From Mobula hypostoma (Eukaryota): a DNA stretch of 64,000 nt. This document shows positions 12,301 through 22,914 of the stretch, piece after piece. The position numbers were made by a program, and so were the translations under genes. Under the pieces are notes generated by a model that saw only the letters and a list, made by a program, of their open reading frames with translations, did no database searches and was not told where the DNA came from. The stretch covers positions 1,736,001 to 1,800,000 of the forward strand of contig NC_086109.1 of the NCBI RefSeq assembly GCF_963921235.1, given 5' to 3'. Each line of letters begins with the position of its first letter. Within the stretch, counting starts at the first letter, position 1.

Positions 12301-12394
12301 CAGTTCATTGGCTATATTTAAGAGGGAGTTAGATTTGGCCCTTTTGGCTACGGGGGTCAGGGGGTATGGAGGGAAGGCTAGGGCGGCGTTCTGA
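9364..12394 (+). pseudogene. CR1 ORF2 (APE endonuclease and RT), broken by a stop at 11788-11790 and a later frameshift
   Basis: An 808-aa ORF with GITETWL, GDFN, SDH, YLDFQKAFDKV, GVPQGSVLGP and KFADD. The C-terminus lies in ORF 11939-12394. Confidence 0.9.
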
Positions 12395-12492
12395 GTTGGA
12401 TGATCAGCCATGATCATAATAAATGGCGGTGCAGGCTTGAAGGGCCGAATGGCCTACTCCTGCACCTATTTTCTATGTTTCCATGTTTCTAT

Positions 12493-13040
12493 ATCCTAAC
12501 TCCCTTACTCTTCCCAGAGAGGTTTCTCGACCTGTTCGCCCGGAACAGGGAGAGACCAGAGGGCCCAATGGCATGATCCAGTATCTCATCCATCAGCCAG
12601 GTCTCCACGAAGCAGCAAACATTGCACACCTTTGTTTCCCGTTGATAGGAGATTCTGGCTCTCAGTTTGCACCGCTTGTTCTCTAGCGACTTAATGCTAG
12701 CCAAGAGTATGTTGGGGAGTGATGGACAATTTGCATGCCTTCTCAGTCTCACCAGGACACTGGGTCTTCTCCCTCACCTCCGATGCTGCTTTCGAGGTAA
12801 CGGCGGTGCAGTAGATGAGTCTCACATGGATCGCGCAAGCAGGGGTTCCCAGTGTAGGAAAGGCGGCACATCGTGGGTAAGTGCCATCTTCCCAATGTTC
12901 AGGAGAGTCAGTCTATAAATATCTGATGTGACTATTGGGTACTTGAACAAGAAGTGTGAAGGAAATTGCAGAACTTAGCAGTATACTGTACAGTGGGATC
13001 AGAGCTTGCAACATGGCCACTGTACGCAGCACCATCTTGA
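12493..13040 (-). mobile_element. Rex1/Babar 5' segment (EN N-terminus and upstream region)
   Basis: RLRRHANCPSLPNILLASIKSLENK...CFVETWL. An AAGATGGTGC-type motif near 13035 may mark the 5' end, which is approximate. Confidence 0.75.
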
Positions 13041-13698
13041 AGCTGTTCACAGTTCTCCTCGTGAGGCCTCACCAGTTCCTTATAAAGCTGCAGTATTACA
13101 TCCTTGCTTTTCTATTCTAGTCCTCTGGAAATGAATTCTAACATTACTTTTGTCTTCCTCACCACTGACTCTGCCTGAAAATTAACCTTTAGCGAATCCT
13201 GGTACCAATTTTTTTTGAAACACAGAGGTAGTCACTATTATCCTTTGCCTGTTCTTTCTATGTTTTGTGCTCCCTTAAGTTTGAGACACATTTCTCTGCT
13301 CTTTTCATGGGATTCATCTAACCATTTTTTGCATTTCCCATCCACATTGAATAACTACAGAGCCAATCTGTTGCTAATACTGGACAGGCAGCTCATCTGT
13401 TTGGAAGGGATGCAGAAGTAAGGGAGAGTGGGGCCAGGAACTGGGACCAGGTGCGGAGACGTTTTGTGGGAAAGGATCATGACAAGGACGTTGGGTGGAT
13501 TGGAAGGATGGTTGGAAGAGGCACGGGGGGAAGACAGGGGGCAGAAATGAGTTAGCAGGCAACATTAGTCGGGCACCCTGGCACTGGCCCTTTGTCTCTG
13601 TGGTGTGACTGCCTTGAACAGCTGGCCGTGAGAAACTTTTCAAATTCTTTTCCATGATCCATGTAAACAATATCCACTGCCCTACCTTCATCAGCTAC

Positions 13699-16600
13699 AC
13701 CATAAGATCATTAGATATAGGAGCAGAAGTAGGCCATTTGGCCCATCGAGTCTGCTTCACCATTTCAGTCATTGCTGATCCAATTCTTCCAGTCTTCCCC
13801 ACTCCTCTGCCTTCTCCCCATACCCTTTGATGCCCAGGCTAATTAAGAACCTATCTATGTCTGCATTAAATGCACCTAACGACTTGGCCACCACAGCCGC
13901 TCGTGGCAGCAAATTCCATTGATTTACCACCCTCTGACTGAAGTAATTTCCCACATCTCTGTTCTAAATGGACGTCCTTCAATCCTGAAGTTGTGCCCCC
14001 TTGTCCTAGACTCCCCTACCATGGGAAATAACTTTGACGTATCTAACCTGTTCAGGCCTTTTAACATTCGGAATGCTTCTATGAGATCTCCCCTCATTCT
14101 CCTGACCTCCAGGGAATACAGCCCAAGAGCTGCCAGATGTTCCTCATACAGTAACACTTTCATTCCTGGAATCATGCTCGTGAATCTTCTCTGAAGCCTC
14201 TCCAATGTCAGCGTATCCTTTCTGAAATAAGGAGCCCAAAACTGCACACAGTATTCCAAGTGTGGTCTCATGAGTGCCTTATAGAGCTTCAACATCACAT
14301 TCCTGCTCTTATATTCTATACCTCTAGAAATGAATGCTAACATTACATTTGCCTACCTCACCACCGACTCAACCTGGAGGTTAACCTTTCGGGTATCTTG
14401 CACAAGGACTCCCAAGTCCCTTTGCATCTCTGCATTTTGAATTCTCTCCCCATTTAGATAATAGTCTGCCCATTTATTTCTTCCACCAAAGTGCATGACC
14501 ATACACTTTCCAACATTGTTTTTCATTTGCCACTTCTTTGCCCATTCACCTGAACTATCTAAGTCTCTCTGCAGGCTCTCTGTTTCCTTTATACTACCCG
14601 CTCGTCCACCTATCTTTGTATCATCGGCACATTTAGCCACAAATCCATTAATCCAATAGTCCAAATCATTGACAGATATTGTAAAGAGCAGCGGTCCCAA
14701 CATCGACCCTTGTGGAACTCCACTGGTAACCAGCAACCAGCCAGAAAAGAATCCCTGCATTCCCACTCTCTGTTTTCTGCTGATCTACCAATGTTCCACC
14801 CATGCTGGTAACTCCCCTGTAATTCCATGAGCTCTTATCTTTCTAAGCAGCTTCATGTGCGGCACCTTGTCAAAGGCCTTCTGAAAATCCAAGTACACCA
14901 CATCCACTGCATCTCCTTTGTCTACCCTGCTTGTTATTTCCTCGAAAAATTGAAGTAGGTTTGTCAGGCAGGATTTTCCTTTCAGGAAACCGTGCTAGCT
15001 TTGGCCTATCTTGTCATGTGCCTCCAGGTACACCATAATCTTATCCCTAACAATCGATTCCCACAACTTCCCAACCATCGATGTCAGGCTAACAGGTCTA
15101 TCATTTTCCTTCTGCTGCCTCCCACCCTTCTTAAATAGCAGAGTGATAGTTGCAATTTTCCAGTCATCCAGTACAATACCAGAATCTATCAATTCTTGAA
15201 AGATCATTGTTAATGCCTCCGCAATCTCTCCAGCTACTTCCTGCAGAACCCAAGGCTGCATTCCATCAGATCCAGGAGATTTATCCACCCTCAGACCATT
15301 AAGCTTCCTGAGCACCTTCTCAGTCATAATTTTCACTACACATACTTCACTTCCCTGACACTCTTGAATGTCTGGTATACTGCAGATGTCTTCGACTGTG
15401 AAGACTGATGCAAAATACGCATTCAGTTCCTCTGCCACATCTGTATCTTTCATCACAATATCTCCAGTGTCATTTTCTATTGGTCCTGTATCTACCCTCA
15501 ACTCTCTTTTACCCTTTATGTACTTAAAATACTTTATATACTTTTAGTATCTTCTTTGCTATTGGTCACCAGCTTCCTTTCATGATTCATCTTTTCCTTC
15601 CTAACAACCTTCTTAATTTCCTTCTGCAAGTTTTTAAAAGCTTCCCAATCCTCTATCTTCCCACTAGCTTTGGCTTCCTTGTATGCCTTTTCTTTTGCTT
15701 TTACTTTGGCTCTGACTTCACTTGTCAGCCATGGTAGTGTCCTTCTTCCATTCGAAAATGTCTGCTTATTTGGAATGTATCTGTCTTGCACTTCCCTCAT
15801 TTTTCTCAGAAACTCCAGCCATTGCTGCTCTGATGTCCTTCCTGCTTGTGTCCCTTTCCTGTCAACCTTGGCCAGTTTCCCTCTCATGCCATTGTAATTT
15901 CCTTTATTCCACTGAAATATTGACGCATTGGAATTTAGTTTCTCCTTCTCAAATTTCAAAGTGAACTTGATCACTTTGTGATCACTGGTCACCAAGGGTT
16001 CCCTAAACTTAAGCTCTCTTATCACCTCTGGATCATTGCACAACACGCAATCCAGCACAGCCGATCCCCTAGTGGGCTCAACAAAAAGCTGTTGTAAAAA
16101 ACCATCCCTTAGGCATTCTACAAATTTTCTCTCTTGAGGTCCAGTACTGGCCTAGATTTCTTAATCCACTTTCATGTTAAAATACTCAACGATTACTATG
16201 ATATTGTTTTTCTGACACACCTTTTCTAACTCCTGCTGTAATTTGTAATCCACATCCCAGCTGCTGTTTGGAGGCCTGTATACAACTGCCATTAGGGTCC
16301 TTTTACCCTTGCCATTTCTTAACTCAACCCATAGAGACTCTACACCTTCCGATACTATGTCATCCCGTTCTAATGATTTAATATTACTTTTCATACACAG
16401 GGCCACACCACCCCCTACTAACCTATCTTTCCGATACACCATATATCCTTGGACGTTCAGCTCCCAATGGCAACCATCCTTTAGCCAAGTTTCAGAGATG
16501 GCTACAATGTCTTACTTGTCAATGTGCAGCTGAATTTCAAGATCATCCATTTTATTTCTTATGCTGCCTGCATTCAAATACAACACTCTCAGTCCATTAT

Positions 16601-16900
16601 TTGTCGCTTTCTGTTTTAACTGCACCCCAACTCTATTGCCCTGTAACTCATCCCACTGGCTGTGATTATGCCTCGTCTCCTGTCCGTTCTTCTATCATCT
16701 CTGTTGCCTACTACCTTTTGATTTATTTCTGTTTTTCCCTTCCTAAGCCCTATCACTCTGGTTCCCATCCACCTGTCAATTTAGATTAAACCCTCCCCAA
16801 CAGCTCTACTAAATGAGCCCGCTGGGATATTGGACCCCTTCGGGTTCAGATGTAACCCGTCCTTTCTGTACAGGTTGTACCTCCCCCAGAAGAGGCCCCA
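13699..16900 (-). mobile_element. Older CR1 copy (family B), 5'-truncated within ORF1
   Basis: Fragmented EN and RT ORFs 13769-16442. The end of the esterase (YRKDGLHLNPKG) is near 16800-16900 and the 3' tail is near 13700. Confidence 0.85.
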
Positions 16901-16949
16901 GTTACATTCATAATCTCCTCTGAACAACTCAGTGCTCATTTTCTGTGTT

Positions 16950-17490
16950 CAGCTGCTGGGTGTGAAAACCGGGAAGTCATGATGCAGCTGTATAAAACTT
17001 TGTTTGAGCCAAATTCAGTGCAGTTCTGGTTGCTGCATTACAGGAAGGAGGTGGAGGCTCTGGAGAGGGGGTGGAAAAGGTTTGCAAGGCTGTTGCCTGG
17101 ATTAGAAAATATGAGCTATGAAAAGAGCTTGGAGAAAGCTGGGCTGCTTTCTCTCAAGTGACTGAGGCTGAGAGAATAGTATTTAATATTATGAGAGAGT
17201 GGACTGTCCTTTACCCATGGTGGAAATGTCAAATACCTGATGGCAGGGCTTTCAGGTAACGGAGAAAGCTTAAAGAGAAGTTACAAGGCAAGTGTTGTGG
17301 GCTGCAGGGACGTGCAGCCAGGTGATGTGGGGGAAGCAGACACTGTAGTAACATTGAAGGGACATTTAGACAGGCACATGAATCACTGGGGTAGAGGCCG
17401 ATACCCATGTGCATGCAGATGGGATGAATTAAAATTGGCACAGATATGGTGGGCTGTGGTACCTGTTCCTGTGCTGTACTATTGGATGCT
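16950..17490 (+). mobile_element. Decayed CR1 3' fragment
   Basis: MQLYKTL...VQFW...RLLPGLENMSYE-like reading followed by a CR1 3' UTR. Confidence 0.7.
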
Positions 17491-17584
17491 CTAGGAGACC
17501 TCCTCACTTATTTCCGACCACTGGCTGCAATTTCCTGTTTGTCCGTGTGGTGTTTCTTATCAAAGGAGCAAAAGGATGCATTTG

Positions 17585-18345
17585 ACCATAAGACATAGGA
17601 ACAGAATTAGGTCATTTGGCCTCTCAAGTTGCTGTACCATTCCCCCACGGCTGATTTACTTTCCCTCCCAACCCCATTCTCCTGCCTTCTCCCTGTAAAC
17701 TCTGACACCCTTACTAACTAAGAACATGTCAATCTCCACTTTAAATATACCCAAGGACTTGCCCTCCACAATCATCTACAGCAATGAATTCCACAGATTC
17801 ACTCCCCTTTGGCTCAAGAAGTTCCTCCTCATCACTGTTCTCAGGGGACATCCTTGTATTCTGAGGCTGTGTCCTCTGGTCCTGGACTCCCTAAAAATGG
17901 AAACATGCTCTCCAAATCTACTCTATCTAGAACTATTCAATAGGTTTCAATGAGATCCCACATCCTTCTTCTAAACTCCAGCAAGTACAGTGCCAGAGTC
18001 ATCTCCAATATACAAACCTTTTCATTCCTGGGATCCTTCTCGTAAACCTCCTCTGGACCCTCTCCAATGCCAGCACAGCTTTCTTAGACATGTGGGCCAA
18101 AACTACTGACAATACTCCAAATATGGTCAGCCCAATGAATTCCTTTTATATTCTAGTCCTGTCAAAACGAATGCTAACATTGCATTTGCCTTCCTTGCTT
18201 CCGACTCCACCTGCAAGTTACTCTTTAGAGCATCCAGCACAAGGAGTCCCAAGTCATTGTGCACCTCCGATTTCTGAATTCACTCCCTGTGTAGAAAGTA
18301 GTCTCTGGCTTTATTTCTTCCACCAAAGTGTATGACCATTCCCTT
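17585..18345 (-). mobile_element. Decayed CR1 3' fragment
   Basis: Tail ACCATAAGACATAGGA at the left end and similarity to 13699-14400. Confidence 0.7.
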
Positions 18346-18559
18346 CCCTACACTTTTACATACTCCCTGCTACCTGTCCCTCCACCTACCTATGGTATGT
18401 ATCAAGATTCCAGATGATTTGTCATAAGTACATCGAAACATTCAGTAAAATATCTCATTTGGATCAACAACCAACACATCGAGAGCATGTAGAGGGCAGC
18501 TCGCAAGGGTCGCCACGTATTCCTGCATCAACATAGCATGCCCACAGTGCTCGACCCTG

Positions 18560-19250
18560 TAATTTACATTATGATAATGTGTTTTGGGCCGACTGAGTGA
18601 TCTGGTGCTTTTGCTGTCTCTTAGGGAATTTGGCGCGGTTGAGAATAGAATGTGCGGTCTAATGGCAGAGCACGAACCCATGATCGGCTCCAGTTCATGA
18701 TTAAAGCGTCGAGCAAGGTTCAAATCAATGAGAGCGAGAGCGGAAGACGAGCAGGCGATCAGCGCTGTTTGCCTGTGTGTGACTGGACTCTCTCCCTCTC
18801 TCACTCGCTCGTGACTGCCTGAGGCTTAGACCTTGGGCAAGGTTTAATCGACACTGTTTGTGGGTTGGACTCTGTAGTTCATGGTATATTTGTTTCTGGT
18901 TACTCTTTTTATTGCTATTTTGTGTGATTTTGTTCGGGGTGGTCTGGCTCTGCAGCCTGCAGTCAATGAACAACACAGTGCTGAATTGAACTGAACTGAA
19001 CTGAACTGAACCATCCTGGACTGTTTCAGGGACTCTGTGGTTTGACGTTTTATGTTCTCTGTGTTATTCGCTCATTTTTTGCTGTTTGCAGGATTTGTTC
19101 TTTTTTTGATGCATTGGGTGTTTGATGCTCTCTTTCAACGGGTTCCATGGTGTTTCTTTGTTTCGTGCCTGTCTGTGAGAAGACAAGTCTCAGGGTTGTA
19201 GACTGCACACAAAAGTTGATAATAAATGTACTTTGAACCTTTGAACTTTG
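18560..19250 (+). mobile_element. Non-coding short retroposon-like element with (GAACT)n and an AATAAA...(CTTTGAA)n tail
   Basis: GC-rich 5' part, (CTGAA)n near 18980-19010 and a 3' end AATAAATGTACTTTGAACCTTTGAACTTTG. No credible ORF; 5' end approximate. Confidence 0.5.
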
Positions 19251-19804
19251 ATTGGGGTCAGCGGGCAAAAGCCTGTCCTTTCTTGGTTGGGCAGGTGTGT
19301 TCCAGGGTGGGGGCCGGCAGCTCAGCTGACACAGGGGAGCAGGGCGCGGTTGGTAAGTGTGCTGATCACACACACGGCTCCAGAGTTAGTTGTGAAGAGG
19401 GTGTCAGGAGACTACAGAAGGGTGTGGGCAGATTCCCCGGGTGGGGAAGGATATAGTGTGGAGTCCGATGTGGGATCCGATCAGTGTGGGGAGAGGAGGG
19501 GAGGATCGAGTAGGAACGAGAACGAGGAGACACTAGCAATAGCTTGGGCTCTGAGCTGAGCTGAGCTGAAGTGAATTTTCCGGAGTGCCTTCAAACACCT
19601 CGTCTTTCCAACTCTCAGTCATGAGGGAAGAGGATGTTGTCTCTGAGGTAACAACCTGAGCTCGTCCCATTCTGGGGTAACTCAGGGACAGTCTGCACAC
19701 TCCAGGGGTCCTGGGCCGAGGACAGATGGGGATCCTGTACACAGGGTGAGAGGACCCCAGCCTCTCTGTAACACTGGGCAGCCCCACCCTCAGTCTCTCC
19801 CACA

Positions 19805-20255
19805 CCAGCAAAAAAACCAAACTGCTGGAGGAACTCAGCTGGCTGAGCAGCATCTGAGGAGGCAGAAGGATGTTCGACATTTCAGATCAGGACTCGGCAA
19901 CTGAGCTGACAGCATCGAGGGGAGAAGGCCAATGAAAAAGGGTAAGAGGGAGGGGTGAGGCAGGGGCTGACACCTGATTGGTGGAGCCAGTGGAGGATGT
20001 GATGATGTGCATGGGGAGGGGTGAGAAATGGACTGACACATGATTGGTGGAGGCAGCTGAGGAAGGGATGATGGGCATCGATGGGGGGAGGGGTGAGAAA
20101 GGGACTGACACGTGATTGGTGGAGCCGGCTGAGGAAGGGATGATGGGCAGACTGGTGGTTATTGGGTGGAAACTCAAGCAGAAAAATGACAAAAATCAAA
20201 AGAACTGCTGAAAAATTGCTCCATATTCCAGCATCTGCAGTCACTTGTGTCTCTC
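19805..20255. mobile_element. Penelope-like terminal repeat remnants, partly inverted, with three tandem 66-72-bp units
   Basis: CTGCTGGAGGAACTCAGC...CAGCATC is the reverse complement of the Penelope tail at 39930-39985. A deleted hammerhead remnant lies at 19871-19894 (-). Confidence 0.6.
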
Positions 20256-20842
20256 GTCCCCACACATTCCCATGCTGTGAGGAACCCAGCTTGGTTCCCC
20301 TCCTGTCTGGGAGAGTCGGTCCTGTCCTCTCTCCCACACCAGCACAGATGGTGAGGGGTCCCCCAGAGTCCTCCTGCCCCACTAAGCACCACCGTCTCCA
20401 GCTGATGACAGATGCAGCTCCCCTTCACTTGGGGAACAGCTGGATCCAGTCCGAGTTGTTCTGACCTTTCTTTCTAGACCCCATTGCGTTGGGGGGGGGG
20501 GCGGGGTTGGTGTTAGTATTGTTTTATTGTACTCACCTCCTCCCCTCCGCACCAGGGACACAGGAACAGTGGGGCTGAGGAACAGCCCTTCAGATACTCA
20601 CAAGGAGCTGCAACCTCTTGAACTTCGTAGGGAAATCTGACCACGCCAACCCCCTCCCCCAGGACCACAGTAATCTGCCCAAAGCCTGTAGCACCGGACT
20701 GTCCATGCGGGGTCCTGAGGTAGAGGAGGAGGGCTCCTCACAGACAGAGACTCACCAGGACCCTCCTCATCACCTGTCACGAGTCGTCCAGACGCCAGAG
20801 AGATTCAGATGGTGCAGACTGGGGAGGGGTGGTGCAGCCGGT

Positions 20843-20854
20843 GGGAAATTTCCC
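20843..20854. promoter_or_regulatory. Perfect palindromic NF-kB-type site GGGAAATTTCCC
   Basis: A 12-bp palindrome in unique sequence about 440 bp upstream of the IgV exon. Function is inferred only. Confidence 0.4.
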
Positions 20855-21290
20855 AAGGATGGTTCAGGGTGTGATGAGCCACCTCTGGAGGAGGGGTTGG
20901 GGACTTGGGTCCAGTGATAATTCCCGCTGAGTGGTGGTCACCTCGAGTCTAATCACTCTATCTCCTGACCCCTGCACACCCACAGTGAGGAGTGTCCCAG
21001 TGTCAGCCCCCCAAACTTCCCAGGATATGTCTGAGCACATCCTCACCCCAGCCTGCAGGCTGTAACTTTCTTCCTCAGGGTGGGGTACAGAGAGTCTTCA
21101 CTCTGTTCCCCCCCCCCCACACCCCCATGGGCTCACTGTGTGATGGAGGATCTGTGGGCCAGCTCTCTCACAGGGCTGGGAGACAGACGATGGGCTGTAC
21201 GGCCTGTTGCTATATCAGTGATTCTCACAGCTCTGATTCCTCCACCAGTCACTGAGCTGATCTGCTGACTGTCTCCTCTTGTCTCCTCAG

Positions 21291-21614
21291 CTGGGACTGG
21301 GGCTCCCCCGACCACCGTGAACGGAACTCGGGGACACTCGGTCTCCTTACCTACTGGGATCCCAGTCAGACCGGATGATGCTGAGGTTGTGTGGAATCGG
21401 GTATCACCCAGAATCATGATAGTGAAGTACTTGAAGGATAACATTACCTACTTCGGTCCTGAGGAGTACAAGCGACGGATAACCTTTCATCCTGGGAACT
21501 TCAGTCTGGAAATCCATGATCTACGGAGAGAGGACTCTGGTGATTATGAGGTGATGTTTGCAGCAGCAGGTTCAGGAGCTGAAAGTAAAACAACAGTGCG
21601 ACTGGAGGTGTACG
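21291..21614 (+). CDS. CD2/SLAM-family receptor, IgV exon (phase 1-1)
   Basis: Branch-like CTGAC and a pyrimidine tract end in TCCTCAG at 21290; donor G|GTGAGT at 21615. The 324-bp exon is open. It has a C-strand Trp (VVWNR), LEIHDLRREDSGDYEV, no B/F cysteines, and ends RLEVY. Confidence 0.9.
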
Positions 21615-21756
21615 GTGAGTGAGACACCGCGGGGGGTGTGGGGGGGGGTGTCCAGGTTTCACCAGTTTCTGAAACAACCCAAAGAATGGGTGCGGGCAGC
21701 TCCTGTGTGTTCCCCTGTTTACTGAACCCACTGACTGTCTGTGTCCAGAGCTGGGC

Positions 21757-22078
21757 TCATAGAAACATAGAAAACCTACAGCACAATAGAGGCTCTTTGG
21801 CCCACAAAGTTGTGCCAAACATGTCCCTGCCTTAGAAACTACTGGACTTCACCATTATCCTCTATTTTTCTGAGCTCCATGTGCCTATCCGGGAGTCTCT
21901 TAAAAGACCCTATCATATCCGCCTCCACCACCGTCACCAGCAGCCCATTCCACGCACTCACCGCTCTCTGCGTAAAAAACTTACCCCTGACATCTGCTTT
22001 GTACCTACTCCCCAGCAACTTAAACCTGTGCCCTCTTGTGGCAACCATTTCAGCCCTGGGAGAATGCCTCTGACTATT
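21757..22078 (-). mobile_element. CR1 (family C) 3' fragment
   Basis: Reverse complement of the 3' end seen near 57100-57430, with a CATAGAAACATAG tail. Confidence 0.75.
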
Positions 22079-22351
22079 CACACGGTCCCAGTGTAGTGAG
22101 GCTAAGTCAGTGTGAGGTTGGAGGACACACCCGTCACATCCACCGAGACTGAGACAGGAGCTGGGAAGGGATCGAACTAACATTGGGGAATCTCATGTAT
22201 CTGAGACGGAGGGAGCTCAGCACACAGGGAGAATGGACCTGGTGTGAATGGCCTGAACAGTCTGTATCTGTGGGTCGCAGTTACACACTGTATCTCCAGT
22301 CAAAGGCCTGGTCTGTTATGCTCAGGGAGCCCAGTTTCCCAGGGTACTGCT

Positions 22352-22914
22352 TGTTAATTCCCCAGACTGAGGTCTGAGCTCAGCAAGATGTTTATTCCTC
22401 AGCACAACTCAACCAGAAGTAAACAGCTATGGGGCCATTTAACAAACCGCCACTCAGTACTAGTTCTTAAAGCGATAAATGCGAAAGTAGTTCTTAGAAT
22501 GGTAAATTCGAAAGTCCAAGAGATTTATACAGGCAATTAGGAGAGACTTTCCTGAAGCAAATAATCCCTCAAAGACACGACGTCACACCAGTCCCATCCG
22601 GATCCTGCCTTGTCTGCAGCATTCACGACGACGGAAATAAAACGGTTTAAAAGCACTGACCTTTCCCTCTGGATACTAGATCCTGCACAGCCCTTTCTGC
22701 CACTTTTAGCAGAGGCTATCTCATGCAGATCACTCTTTCTTGAACAAATTCAATAATGGTCAATCCTTTCAACCGTCGAACGACTCCTTCAGGTTCCCGT
22801 CTTCACTCTCCAATACTACTGAAAAGATACATCAGCAAACCTGGCAGCAATTGATTAAACTGCCGGCCCAACACTTTTGTACCTTACAATAGAATGTAAA
22901 ACTCCGTTTTAACA
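22352..22914 (-). repeat. Possible solo or partial LTR
   Basis: Starts TGTTAA, has TTTATT (antisense polyA signal) near the start and is non-coding. The right end overlaps a CR1 tail and no TSD was found. Confidence 0.35.

Larger units (their letters stand above)
8400..12492 (+). mobile_element. Near-full-length CR1 LINE (family A)
   Basis: ORF1, ORF2 and a 3' UTR ending in a CTATGTTT-type tail. The 5' boundary is approximate. Confidence 0.9.

Noticed and set aside
19340-19360. Strong donor TG|GTAAGT as the end of the leader exon
   Set aside because: No upstream ATG with a hydrophobic signal sequence in a compatible phase. It could still be a non-coding first exon.
20520-20780. Three minus-strand GTGAGT donors and one good acceptor suggesting an antisense gene
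   Set aside because: The implied introns are only about 40-65 nt. All frames are open because of GC richness, and I recognise no domain. RNA data would be needed.
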